A stretch of 64,000 nt of DNA, from NCBI RefSeq assembly GCF_963921235.1, contig NC_086098.1:3968001-4032000 (forward strand), written 5' to 3'. Under the pieces are notes generated by a model. It had not been told where the DNA came from, did no database searches, and worked only from the letters and a program-made list of their open reading frames with translations. This document shows positions 49,564 to 63,011 of this stretch, one piece after another; the first letter of the stretch is position 1, and each line of letters begins with the position of its first letter. This DNA is from Mobula hypostoma (taxonomy: Eukaryota). The translations under genes were made by a program, and so were the position numbers.

Positions 49564-50087
49564 CGCTCAGTGCCACTTTATTAGGTACGTGAGAGGAACC
49601 CAATGTGGTCTTCTGCTGCTGCAGCCCATCTGCTTCAACGTCTAACGGGTTGTGCATTCAGGGGTGCTTTTCTGCATATCAATGTTATAACGTGTGGTCA
49701 TTTGAGTTACTGTCACCTTCCTGTCAGCGTGAGCCAGTCTGGCCATTCTCCTCCGACCACTCTCATTAACAAGGCACTTTCACCCACAGAACTGCCGCTC
49801 ACTGGATGTACTTTTGTTTTTCACACCATTCTGTGTAAACTCTGGAGAAAATTGTGTGTGTAAACCCAGGAGATCAGCAAATTCTGAGATTCTCAACCCA
49901 CCCTGTCTGGCACCAACCATCAGTCCACGGCCAAAGTCACTTCGGTCACATTTTTTCCCCATGCTGATGTTTGGTCTGAACAGCAACTGAACCGCATGCT
50001 TTTATGCAGTGGGTTGCTGCCACACGATTGCCTGGTTGGATGTTTGCTTTAATGAGCAGGTTGTCCTAATAAAGTGGGCACTGAGTG
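49564..50087 (-). mobile_element. Internally deleted Tc1-like DNA transposon
   Basis: TIRs C(G/A)CTCAGTGCC(C)ACTTTATTAGG with TA flanks. Retains a transposase HTH remnant MGKKCDRSDFGRGLMVGAR..GL.ISE.ADLLG. Confidence 0.85.
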
Positions 50088-50141
50088 TATATCACCTGGT
50101 TCTTTCATCTTTCTGAAAGTATATTTTTGAATTCCCTACAG

Positions 50142-50223
50142 AGCATCCTACAGAAGACTATTGATCCATCTTGGGGAGGAAGGACAAGCTGAAATTGCCA
50201 AGTTAGAAAACAGTAATGACTAG
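50142..50223 (+). CDS. MMS22L: MMS22L terminal coding exon
   Basis: Acceptor ttccctacag. Encodes (R)ASYRRLLIHLGEEGQAEIAKLENSND* with TAG at 50221-50223, resembling the MMS22L C-terminus. Confidence 0.92.
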
Positions 50224-50346
50224 ATTCATCAGAGAAGTTTGTACCGGCAAGCATCTGAGTGATACTTGAATACCATGTTGTAAAAACTTGTACAGTACTT
50301 TTTATAAATATATTGTTTCATAAATATATTGTAGTTAATTGTGGCA

Positions 50347-50352
50347 AATAAA
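50347..50352 (+). terminator. Polyadenylation signal of MMS22L
   Basis: AATAAA 124 nt after the stop codon, with several upstream TGTA motifs and a downstream T/GT-rich tract. Confidence 0.65.
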
Positions 50353-51321
50353 GGTTTTAAGTTAATGTTTTGAAATCTACTTTTGTCTACCTGTTTTGTC
50401 ACAGAACACTTGGTAAGGTGGCTTTTTATATAACAAAGAGGAAGTGAGGTAGATGGAAATAACTGGAAGTTAGATAATTCAGACTGATCAATGTCATTGC
50501 TTGCTTTTATTTATTTAGAGATAGAACATGGCAACATGCCTTTCCGGTCCAAGGAGCCTGTGCCCTCCAGTTACCGTTAGCCTACTAACCCCTACAAAAT
50601 GCTGGACGAACTCAGCGGATCAGGTAACATCTATGAGAATGGATAAACGGGAGTCAACGTTTCGGTCCGCTACCCTTCGTCGGGACTGGAAAGGAAGAGG
50701 GAGGATGCCAGAATGAGGAAGTGAGGGGTGGAGAAAGTGGGCAAGCTGGCAGGTGATAGGTGAGGCCAGGTGGATGATGACATAAGAAGCTGCAAGGTGA
50801 GGTAAAGGGCTGGAGAAGAAGGAATCTGATAGGAGGATTTCCGGTATCTGCAGAATTTCTTCTGTTTATAACATATTGGTCTGTACGTCTTTGGAATGTG
50901 GAAGGAAACTGGACTTATAGACATCTGTGGGAATTTAGCTCAGGAGCACCGAAACGTACATACCCAGGAACACCATAAACGTAGAAATTCCTTATTCGCG
51001 GTGGTGAGAATTGAACCCACGTTGCTGATGCTGTAATAGTGTTATGCTAACTGCTACACTAATGTGCTGCCCTATATATTCTTTGTACTGAGGATTAACC
51101 TACTAACCGGTGCATCTTTGGAATGTGGGAGGAAACCCCCATGTGGTTACGCAGAGAAAACACAAACTCTTTACAGTCAGCGGTGGGATTGACCTGGATC
51201 ATTGGTACTGTAATAGCATTACATTAACTGCTCACTACTGTATGTTATTGAATTGTATACACATTGATATTGAATATAACATTAATTCATTCACAGAACC
51301 ACAGAGAGATAGAGCATGGAT

Positions 51322-51860
51322 ATATAGACTGTGGCCACATTATTAGGAAAACCTATACACATCATTAATGCAAATATCTAATCAGCCAATCATGTGGCAG
51401 TAACTCAGTGCATAAAAGCATGCAGACGTGGTCAAGAGGTTCAGTTGTTGTTCAGACCAAACATCAGAATGGGGAGGAAATGTGATCTAAGTGACTTTGA
51501 CTATGGAATGATTGTTGGTGCCGGATGGAGTGATTTGAGTATCTCAGAAACTGTTGATCTCCTAGGATTTTCATGCACAACAGTCTCTAGAGTTTACAGA
51601 GAATGGTGTGAAAAACAAAAAAAAAAAATCCAGTGAGTGGCAGTTCAGTGGGGCAAAAATGCCTTGTTAATGAGAGAGGTCAGAAGAGAATGGCTGGACT
51701 GGTTCACGCTGACAAGAAGGTGACAGTAACTCAAATAACCATGTGTTACAACAATGGTGTGTAGAAGAGCATCTCTGAATGCACACAATGTCAATCCGTG
51801 AAGTGGATGGGCTACAGCATCAAAAGACCTCGAACCGACCCTCAGTAGTCTCTTTATTAA
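51322..51860 (+). mobile_element. Second copy of the Tc1-like deletion derivative, opposite orientation
   Basis: MGRKCDLSDFDYGMIVGAG...SISETVDLLGFSCTTVSRVYREW, with a left TIR remnant GTGGCCACATTATTAGG. Confidence 0.8.
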
Positions 51861-54069
51861 GAGCAGGAGATTCCTCAGCCCAGTGAGTCCTTGCTCTCCT
51901 TTAATCTCAATCACCCCCTCCCTCATTTCCACATTACCATCAGGATTTTGCTACTCACCAATGCATCAGGGTCAATTCACAGTAACCAATCCCAAACCCT
52001 CATGGTCTTTGGGATGTGAAAGGAAGCTGGAGGACATGGAGGAGGCGCACAGGATCACAGAGAGCATGCAAATTCCACACAGACAGCATCCAAAGTTATG
52101 ACTGAACCCAGACTCCTGGCATTGTGGGCCAGTGGCTCCACCAGCAGAGACACCTAATAGAGTAGGAATTGCTGGCTTGGAGTTTGAACACAAATCAACT
52201 CCACAAGTCAGAGTAAACTCTGGGGCCTTTTGGTACTTTGCAGCAGGTTTCAATCATGACAAGTGGTTGTTTGTTAGTGAGTCAATATGATATTTAATGA
52301 GAGCTTAAGGTCTCATTGTGATCTATTAAGCACTTGACAAAGGCCGATAACAAGAAGTTAAGTTTAAGTGGAGTAGGACAGTGTTAGAGTGGTTAGTTTC
52401 CGGCTTGGGAAGAAATGAAGGCTAAGGTAAGATTCTGGCAAGTTTCTTTCTCTAATAGTACATAGCTAGTGCAGTGAGAATGGGTCCAGGATCCGTGATT
52501 TGCTCTTCATGTGAGATGTGGGAATTCTGGGAGACCTCCAGTCTCCTTGATAACTACATCTTCAAAAAGTGCATGCAGCTGTAGCTTCTTACAAACCGTG
52601 TGAGGGAACTGGAGCTGCAGCTGGATGACCTTGCACTCATACTGGAGAATGAGGTGATGGCCTGGAGCTACAGGGAGGTAGTCACCCCGAAGTTAATTCA
52701 GGGCATTCAGGACATTTACTAAGACAGGGATGTAAAAAGGGCCCGAAGGATCATTGAGGACCTGAGTCACTCCAACCACAAACTGTTCCAGCTACTATCA
52801 TCCGGGAAACAATACCGCAGCATAAAACAGGTTCTGGGACAGCCTCTTCCACCAGGCCATCAGACTGCTTAATTGATGCTGACACAACTGTATGTCCATG
52901 TTATATTGCCTATCCTGTTGTACATATTATTTATTATAAATTACTGTAAATTGCACATTGCACATTTAGATGGAGACGTAACAAAAAGATTTTTACTCCT
53001 CATGTATATGATGTAGGTAATAAAGTCAATTCAATTCAATACAGTAGGCAGGTAGTTGGTGAGAAAGGAGAATGGGGTTGAGATGGTTAATAAATCAGCC
53101 ATGATGGAATGGCAGAGCAGACTCGATGGGCCAAGTGGCCTAATTCTGCTCTTGTGTCTTGCATTCTATGGTCTAAAAGAATTTGGATGTGTGGCTAAAT
53201 GCCACATGCAGACTATGAACAAGGCTCTTAAGTAAACTCCATTCAGGTGGTTTATGAAGCTGCCCCAAATGCCCAGTTTGTCAATCTTTGCTGTTCCGGT
53301 AACTTCTGTTGGGATGAACAAACTCATGAGCCAGGTCAGCCTTCACTTTCATGGAGACTCCAGCAAAATTATTACAAGGTATTGATCATTGAGCTTCACA
53401 ACCTGGATCTTTCTACCTCCCTCTCCCTCACCCTCTCCCTCTGTACCTCCCTGGATCTTCGACTCCCTCACCGGGAGACCATAGACAGCGCAGATTGGAA
53501 GTAACATCTGTCCTCGTAGGCAATCAACACCAACACACCTTAAGGATCTGTGCTTAGCCCACAAGTCTACTCTCTACATGCGTGACTGCATAAACACAGT
53601 TCAAATGCCATCTATATATTTAAGAAAGGCTCTAAGAATAAGTCAGGAAATTATAGACTGATGAGTCTGACAACCGTTGTGGGAAAGTTATATGAAGGTG
53701 TTCTAAGGAACCGGGTATCTCAGTATTTGGATAGACAGAGACTGATTAGGGATAGTCAACATGGCTTTGTGTGATATGTCATGTCTAAACAATCTAATAG
53801 AGATTTTAGAGAAAGTTACCAGGAAAGTTGAAGAAGGCAAGGTAGTAGATGTTTTCTGCATGGACTTTAGCAAGGCCTTTGACAGGGGTTTGCAGGGGAG
53901 GTTGGACAAGAAGGTACAATTGCTTGGCATTCAAGATGAGGTAGTCATTGGATTTGTGGCGAGTGGTTGTAATGGTTGCCTCTTTGACTGGAAACCTGTG
54001 ATTACTAGTGTTTTGCAGGGGTCGGCGATGGTTCTGTTGTTACTTATTGTCTATTTCATCAATCTGGAT

Positions 54070-55940
54070 ACACTACTCCTGCTCCCCTCTTCCAAATCAT
54101 TAATGTATATCATAAACAGTTGCGGGCCCAGACCAACCCCTGTGGCACACTGCTTATCACTGATTGCCAACCAGAGTAACACCCATATATCCCAGCTCTC
54201 TGCTTTCTATTAGTTAACCAATCCTCTATCCATGTCAATACATCACCCCCAACTCTACGCATCCTTATCTTATGGATGTCTTATGTGCACCTTATCTAAT
54301 GCATTCTAGAAATTCAAGTAACTAACATCCATCTGTTCCGCTCTATCTACTGCACTCGTTATATCCCCAAAGAACTCCATTAAGTTTGTCAAACAGGACC
54401 TGTCTTTGCCGAATCCATTTTTTTCCAGATGCATCGCTATTTCTTCTTTAACGAAAGCTTCAAACATTTTCCCAACTACAGATGTTAAACTAACTGGCCT
54501 ATAGTTACCTGCCTTTTGCCTATATTCTTTTTTGAACAGTGGCGTGACATTCGCCTTCTTCCAATCCGTTGGGACCTCCCCAGAGTCCAGAGAATTTTGG
54601 TAAATTATCACCAAAGCCTCAACTATAACCTCTGCCATTTCTTTCAGCACCCTGGGATGTGTCCCATCAGGACCAGGGGACTCGTCTACCTTCAGGACAA
54701 GTTTACTCAGCACTACCTCTTTAGTGATAGCTATTGTATTGAGGTCCTCACCACCCATTGCATCCATAACATCTCTCTTTGGCATGTTAGATGTGTCCTA
54801 CACCCTGAAGACCAACACAAAATAGTCATTCAAAGCCTCAACCATTTCCTCGTTATCAAATATCAGTTCCCCCTTCTCGTCTTCCACGGGACCTATGTTC
54901 ACTTGGACCAACCTTTTCCACTTTATATAATTATAAAAACTTTTACTATCTATTTTTACATCTTGTGCTAGTTTATTTTCATAATCTATCTTCCCTTTAT
55001 TGCTCACTTAGTGGTTCTTTGTTGCTTTTTAAAGTTTTTCCAATCGTCCAGTCTCCCACTACTCTTGGCAACTTTGTATAGAAACATAGAAAATAGGTGC
55101 AGGAGTAGGCCATTCGGCCCTTCGAGCCTTATGATCATGGCTGATCATCCAACTCAGAACCCCGCCCCAGCCTTCCCTCCATACCCCCTGATCCCCGTAG
55201 CCACAAGGGCCATATCTAACTCCCTCTTAAATATAGCCAATGAACTGGCCTCAACTGTTTCCTGTGGCAGAGAATTCCACAGATTCACCACTCTCTGTGT
55301 GAAGAAGTTTTTCCTAATCTCGGTCCTAAAAGGCTTCCCCTTTATCCTCAAACTGTGACCCCTTGTTCTGGACTTCCCCAACATCGGGAACAATCTTCCT
55401 GCATCTAGCCTGTCCAATCCCTTTAGGATTTTATACGTTTCAATCAGATCCCCCCTCAATCTTCTAAATTCCAACGAGTACAAGCCCAGTTCATCCAGTC
55501 TTTCTTCATATGAAAGTCCTGCCATCCCAGGAATCAATCTGGTGAACCTTCTTTGTACTCCCTCTATGCATGAACTTTTAGTTTGATGCCTTCCTTTATT
55601 TCCTTAGTTATCCAAGGCTGGCTCTCCCCACACTTACCGTTCTTGCTTTTAACTGGAATATACTTCTGTTAAGCACTGTGAAAAATCTCTTTGAAAGTCT
55701 TCCAATGTTCTTCAACTGTCCCACCATATAGCCTGTGTTCCCAGTCTACCCTATCCCGTTGTAGTCTTCCCTGTTCAGGCATAATACGTTGGTTTTAGAT
55801 CGAACTATTGCATCTTCCATTTGTATGAGAAACTCAATCATACTGTGCTCACTCTTTCCAAGCAGATCCTTAGCTACAAAATTGCTAATTTTACCCTCCT
55901 CATTGCACAGGACCAGATCCAAGATAGCACATTCCCTTGT
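54070..55940 (-). mobile_element. Older CR1 ORF2 fragment containing a young CR1 3' end
   Basis: SPGPDGTHPRVLKE, NYRPVSLTS and KIDSKSFYNYIK on the - strand. Confidence 0.8.
55078..55567 (-). mobile_element. Young CR1 3' fragment
   Basis: Its 127-aa ORF differs by one residue from that of 59582-59965. Confidence 0.9.
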
Positions 55941-56277
55941 ATTACAGGAATGATTCTGGTATGGATAAAGTGGCTGACTGGCGGGAGAAAAAGAAGGGGA
56001 ATAAAGGCGGTCTTTTCTGGCTGGCTGCTGGCGACTAGTGGTGTTTCACAGGGGACTGTGTTGGGACCAATTCCTGTTACGTTATATGTCAATGATTTGG
56101 ATGATGAAATTGATGGTTTTTTTGCAAAGTTTGCAGAAGATATGAAGATAGCTGGAGGGGCAGGTAGTTTTGAGGAAGTAGAGAGGCTACAGAAGAATTT
56201 AGGCAGATTAGGAGAATAGGCAAAGAGATGACAGATTGAATGCAGTGTTCAGAAGAGTATGATCATACACATTGGTA

Positions 56278-56848
56278 TGTAACCCTCAGGTTGTCGTCTG
56301 CGTACATCTAGGGAAGACCATCTCTGGCCCCACTGAACGTGTGAGATTGAGGTGCAAAACCTCCTGTTTGTGTGGATGCTGTGTGATGTGTCACCCTGTT
56401 ACAAATCAGTACCACAAAATATCAGACAGTACACCATATGCAATTAAAGGATTTAGCTTTATAATTCTTAATTTGACTGAAGGGTTGGTAAAGTAAAAAA
56501 AAAGAAAAAGAACCATTTTAATGAAACAGTCTGATGTGCACATTGGAGCTCACGGTTTCCCTTCCGCTGGTCCTCCATTGAATTCCCCGGGCTTCGTCGA
56601 CTCCCGGCCCCACTCCAAGTCCACTCCTTTCTGGTGTCTACGACCTCTCCTTTCTGGCATCTTCTCTCCCCATCTTCCGCTGAACAAAGACCCAGATCAC
56701 CTCGGTCTCAGGCACACAACAAGAAAAAAATACTTCCTTCATCGGACAGCGCACATACCAAAGCCCCCGTTATCTCTAGCCATAATCCAAACACTGCGCT
56801 AAAGAGAAACCACTACACTAGCAGTGAACCCTTTCCCAGGGCGTTACA
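56278..56848 (-). repeat. 3' LTR of the Gypsy element (571 bp)
   Basis: TGTAAC...GTTACA termini, adjacent to the polypurine tract, direct repeat of 63012-63588. Confidence 0.92.
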
Positions 56849-57957
56849 TTCTCCCCCCCCCCCACCACCAAATTTAGTCATGCCCTCATGACTTTGAGAT
56901 AATTTGCCAATCCTTCATGCAAAGCACAAAGTCCAACCCAGGTGTAAAAGGCAGTGACATAACTCCCCAAAGTGGTAGGGGCTGCACTCTGTTCCCCCAG
57001 TGCTACATAGACCAGCCTACCTGGTGGTCTCCTGATTCTTTGAGACGTCCATACTCGTCGTCTACTTCAGGTTCCGACACTTCTTGGAATACTTCTGGTC
57101 TACCTGGTGAGGCATCCCCAGGCCTATCACTTGTGCCCTCCTGCAACTCGGACCCCGCTGTCCCTTGGCTGAGCCCCGCTTCATTCCTTGAAAGGTCCCA
57201 CTGAAACCCAGGCTGCCACAGGTAGCCCCCCCCCCCGCCCCGCCCGATTTCACCTGACTCAGTGTGAAATGGGTTGGGAATCTCTTCCTCAATCAGTGGG
57301 GAGATAGCAAAAGGCAGCATATACCACACCCCCATTTCCTCATTCTCCAAGTCCATATCCCATTCCGGGGTAGGGGCTGGTCTAATCTCTCCTGCTGTTG
57401 GTTCTTCAGTTGCCCTGCATCACTGCAGAGTCCTCTTACGAGGTGTAGGCTCCATTTCGGGCCCTGGGTCAACCTGCACCTCTTGCCCCAGAGGCAGAAG
57501 GTGGTTCCAATGGAGAATCTTGACAGGCCCATTCCAGTTCTTTGGATTCACCTGGAAAACTGGTATATTTGGCATCTTCACTACATAGGGTGTAACCACT
57601 TTTGCGTAGTCCTTCACAAACCTCCGATAGTAACCACAGAACCTAAGGAATGAGCGCAAAGCGCTCACAATCTGGGGCCTTGGCCATGTGGTCACCATGT
57701 CTATCTCAGACAGATCGGTAGCTACTCCATCCCATAAGACTATGTGCCCAACATAACTGACAGACGTCTTGCAGAACTGGCACTTGTCCAGGGAAAGTTC
57801 TTAACGCTTTAGCTTTCAGGCAGCCTCGCTTCATGTTCTTCCAAGGTGGACCCAAACACTGAGGTCATCCAGATACACCTATACCTCAAGCAAGTTCATA
57901 TCCCCCACCATTTTCTCCCTGACACGCTGGAAGGTCGCAGGGGCTCCCGATATTCCC

Positions 57958-60038
57958 GAGGTTGCATGGATGAACTACAACAATTGTTCATCCCAGTTTG
58001 GCAAAAGAATAAATCAAGGAAGGTAGTGCACCCATGGCTGACAAGAGAAATTAGGGATAGTATCAATTCCAAAGAAGAAGCATACAAATTAGCCAGAGAA
58101 AGTGGCTCACCTGAGGACTGGGAGAAATTCAGAGTTCAGCAGAGGAGGACAAAGGGCTTAATTAGGAAGGGGAAAAAAGATTATGAGAGAAAACTGGCAG
58201 GGAACATAAAAACGGACTGTAAAAGCTTTTACAGATATGTAAAAAGGAAAAGACTGGTAAAGACAAATGTAGGTCCCCTACAGACAGAAACAGGTGAATT
58301 GATTATGGGGAGCAAGGACATGGCAGACCAATTGAATAATTACTTTGGTTCTGTCTTCACTAAGGAGGACATAAATAATCTTCCAGAAATAGTAGGGGAC
58401 AGAGGATCCAGTGAGATGGAGGAACTGTGCGAAATACATGTTAGTAGGGAAGTGGTGTTAGGTAAATTGAAGGGATTGAAGGCAGATAAATCCCCAGGGT
58501 CAGATGGTCTGCATCCTAGAGTGCTTAAGGAAGTAGCCCAAGAAATAGTGGATGCATTAGTGATAATTTTTCAAAACTCGTTAGATTCTGGACTAGTTCC
58601 TGAGGATTGGAGGGTGGCTAATGTAACCCCACTTTTTAAAAAAGGAGGGAGAGAGAAACCAGGGAATTATAGACCGGTTAGCCTAACGTCGGTGGTGGGG
58701 AAACTGCTGGAGTCAGTTATCAAAGATGTGATAACAGCACATTTGGAAAGCAGTGAAATGATCGGACAAAGTCAGCATGGATTTGTGAAAGGAAAATCAT
58801 GTCTGACGAATCTCATAGAATTTTTTGAGGATGTAACTAGTAGAGTGGATAGGGGAGAACCAGTGGATGTGGTATATTTGGATTTTCAAAAGGCTTTTGA
58901 CAAGGTCCCACACAGGAAATTAGTGTGCAAACTTAAAGCACACGGTATTGGGGGTAAGGTATTGATGTGGATGGAGAATTGGTTAGCAGGCAGGAAGCAA
59001 AGAGTGGGAATAAACGGGACCTTTTCAGAATGGCAGGCGGTGACTAGTGGGGTACCGCAAGGCTCAGTGCTGGGACCCCAGTTGTTTACAATATATATTA
59101 ATGACTTGGATGAGGGAATTAAATGCAGCATCTCCAAGTTTGCGGATGACACGAAGCTGGGTGGCAGTGTTAGCTGTGAGGAAGTTGCTAAGAGGATGCA
59201 GAGTGACTTGGATAGGTTGGGTGAGTGGGCAAATTCATGGCAGATGCAATTTAATGTGGATAAATGTGAAGTTATCCACTTTGGCGGCAAAAATAGGAAA
59301 ACAGATTATTATCTGAATGGTGGTCGATTAGGAAAAGGGGAGGTGCAACGAGACCTGGGTGTCATTATACACCAGTCATTGAAAGTGGGCATGCAGGTAC
59401 AGCAGGCGGTGAAAAAGGCAAATGGTATGCTGGCATTTATAGCGAGAGGATTCGAGTACAGGAGCAGGGAGGTACTACTGCAGTTGTACAAGGCCTTGGT
59501 GAGACCACACCTGGAGTATTGTGTGCAGTTTTGGTCCCCTAATCTGAGGAAAGACATCCTTGCCATCCAAGGTTCACCAGATTGATTCCTGGGATGGCAG
59601 GACTTTCATATGAAGAAAGACTGGATGAACTGGGCTTGTACACGTTGGAATTTAGAAGATTGAGGGGGGATCTGATTGAAACGTACAAAATCCTAAAGGG
59701 ATTGGACAGGCTAGATGCAGGAAGATTGTTCCCGATGTTGGGGAAGTCCAGAACAAGGGGTCACAGTTTGAGGATAAAGGGGAAGCCTTTTAGGACCGAG
59801 ATTAGGAAAAACTTCTTCACACAGAGAGTGGTGAATCTGTGGAATTCTCTGCCACAGGAAACAGTTGAGGCCAGTTCATTGGCTATATTTAAGAGGGAGT
59901 TAGATATGGCCCTTGTGGCTACGGGGATCAGGGGGTATGGAGGGAAGGCTGGGGCGGGGTTCTGAGTTGGATGATCAGCCATGATCATAAGGCTCGAAGG
60001 GCCGAATGGCCTACTCCTGCACCTATTTTCTATGTTTC
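57958..60038 (+). mobile_element. Young 5'-truncated CR1 LINE inserted in the Gypsy RT
   Basis: Long ORF2 segment with one small deletion at about 59567. A 7-bp duplication TATTCCC lies at 57951-57957 / 60039-60045. Removing the insert restores the Gypsy RT motif ERMPQGISGAP. Confidence 0.95.
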
Positions 60039-63011
60039 TATTCCCTGGGGCATCCTTTCAAACTGGACGTACAAATGCCATCTTCTCTTAGTCAGCCTCA
60101 CTCACGGGGATCTGGTAATATCCACTCCTCAAGCCCAGCACACTGAACCAGCCACTTTGCACCACTCAGACAGGCCAGCGCGTCTTCGATCCTTGGGACT
60201 ATATACTGGTTGGGGACAGTATGCCTGTTCAGAGTCCTATAGTCCACACACATCCGTACCATCCCATTCTTCTTCCAAGCCACCATTATTGGGGATGCAC
60301 AGGGGCTTCTGAGCTCAGTGATGATCCCAGCTTCCTTCAGCTTACACAAATGAAATCGAACGTCTTCTACCTCTGCAGGGGCCAGTTGCCGCGACCTCTC
60401 TCTGAACAGGGTGTCCTCAGTCACCCGGATAATATGGCGAGTGCTCTTGGAACAACCCACGTCAAACTCGTCAGTGGAAAAGACACCTTCCAATTTCAAC
60501 AGCTTGTCTACCAACTTCCTCTTCCAACCCACAGGTACCAGGGAGTCCCCAAAATTGAATGACTCAGCAGCCAACTTTCCCCATTTTTCTCCCCGGCTTG
60601 TCTCACAGGGACACTAGACATTACCGTATCCAGGAACAGATGCATCACGGGCATCCCCCGCTTGAAGGTGACCTCCCTCTTCGTAGTGTTCCCGACAATC
60701 ACTGTCATCCTGCTCACCTGTACAACCAAGGGCTTCTGCAGTTCAGACCTCACCATCAGGCCTGACTCCTCTTCGTGGTCTTCTGGGGAGCCTCGCCCTC
60801 CACCAAGAGGTCCTCGCCATCAGACATTCTGGGAAATTTGGGGTTTCCCATTACTCTCGCTACTTCCCCAGGCTGTAACACGATTGGACTGCACTGGGTG
60901 AACCACACAGTCCCTCCTCTAAACTCGTTATCTGGCCCAATGCAGCCACGCACTTCCTCAAAAGCAGTTCGAAACACCGGGTGCACGGACAATGTTCCCA
61001 GAAAGCTCTCGCCAGCCTTCTTCCTGCAGACTCCCGTGAGCCTCCTCACAATAGGAGTGTTGGTCCCCACGAGAATTGAAACACCGCCCTTCTCAACGGG
61101 GTCCGGACAAACCAGCACTAATGCATAAAGGGCCTCAGCCACTCCTGCATCGGCCTCCGAAAACTCCAGCTTCACTGACAAATAACCATTGTGTGGATAA
61201 TCACCCGCACGAGGACCACAGATCTCTAGTGCACTGAGTGGCATCAATGGTAAATGCATCAAATACCGGTTGTAAACTGAACGGTACAGCAAAGTGACCT
61301 GTGACCCTGTGTCAAGTATGGCTCTAGCATAGATACCCTCTACCTGTAGCAATACACTGGAGCTTGGCCCCACTAAGCCTTCAGGAATATGTTTTTTTGC
61401 TTTAGAGTGTTCCTTGATATATTGCTGGGAATGTGTTCCCCCGATACACCAGGCCATCCCCTCACTGGGTCTCTTTTAAGTTTTCCCAACGTCTCTCTCT
61501 GCTTAGGTACCTGGGGACTCACTCCTCGAGGGGTTTCCCCTCGTTTACACTCCCGCCTGAAGTGTCCCTTTTCACCACAGTTATAACAGACAATACTGGC
61601 CACTCCCCTTCTCGTGTGACACCAACTGCTAGCAGCCCTCCGCTTAGTCCATCCCTTAGAGGATCCGCCTTCCATATGCTCCATCAAATGGGGGGCCACA
61701 CCCGCTGATAACAACCAGGACATCTCAGTTGTCAACTCTGCCACAATCTCCTCTACCACTCCCCAGGGCAGGCTATCCGTGGTCACTTCAAAGAAAGGGA
61801 CCACTACTGAGGACTGTACCCTGCTGATAGAGGCCTCCCGTGCCTCCGATGTGTTCTCCTCCTCTCATACTTCTCTGATCAGCGCAACAAACGGGGGGGT
61901 GGGGGGGGGGCGCGCATCTTATGAGACAGTTGGAGACCCCAAGCGATCAGGTCCTGGGACTGGGTGCCTTTCACTATTTGGTCCAATCTTAACTGATCCA
62001 CCTCAGCCATCTAAATATCAACTCTGCACCACAAACAGCTCAGCTGCCTCTCTAGCCAAAAGATGTAGGCAGAAAGCTTCTTCCCCTTCTGCTGACACAT
62101 GTTCTGAAACCCGTCATCTGCTCCATTGGGCTTCCTGTCACACCAGACACCTTCTCTAGTGCTTGCATGTAGGCCGCAGAAGTGGTAAGGGGTTTCTGTG
62201 CCTTTACGGCTCTCAGTACGTCAGCAGCCCGCCCACTCAAACTCTCAACCAGTCACTGCTGTCTTACATCATCAGAGCACTGCCACTCAACTAACAACTG
62301 AGAGCTCTGCTCTGACCAGCTCTCAGACTCCTCCTCCCCTTTAGGGGTGGGCTTCATTCCTGAGAACAGGCGGAGCCAGCGATAGCTGGGACTTCCAATC
62401 TGGGCATTTTTCCATTTATCCACCAGAGAGGTAAGTGTGGATACTAACTCAGGATTCTGATTCTTCACTGGGCGACAGGGTCTCATTAGACATTCCAAAT
62501 CAGACCACTCCTTCCCCTCGCTAAGCAGAAACGAGAGAACCCTGTCTTGGACGTCTCCGCCCCTAGCTACGGGAGACTCGACTTGCGATTTGGCCCGCTC
62601 TCCTACACTCTCCTTCCCCTGGAAAGTATGGACTGTCCACGGCCCCCCACCTCTCCTGGGGCCACAATAGTACCAGGCAGTTCCACTGCTATTACATCAG
62701 CATTAGTCTGGATTAAAACAAAGCCTGTGCCCACCATTTTATCACATCTCCACCCCACAATCGAAACTTTGTCTACAGCTTTAACAGTACTTCAAAGTTG
62801 AATTAACAATTCATCAGGAGTATGAATATCTACCACACTCAACTCGCACGGGTAATCCCGTGGATGCACACCACCGCTCAAACCTGGTAGCATCCATACC
62901 CTCATATCGTATTCGCTTTACCGGACAATAGCTTAGCACAGACTTAAACATACAACCCACTGGTTCAGTGCTTAGGGCAATAAAACAGCATCCAATGAAA
63001 TCGATCCCAAT

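Noticed and set aside
62985..63011. Primer-binding site of the Gypsy element
   Set aside because: The - strand reads ATTGGGATCGATTT after the LTR, and I could not match it confidently to a tRNA 3' end. It may be partly deleted.
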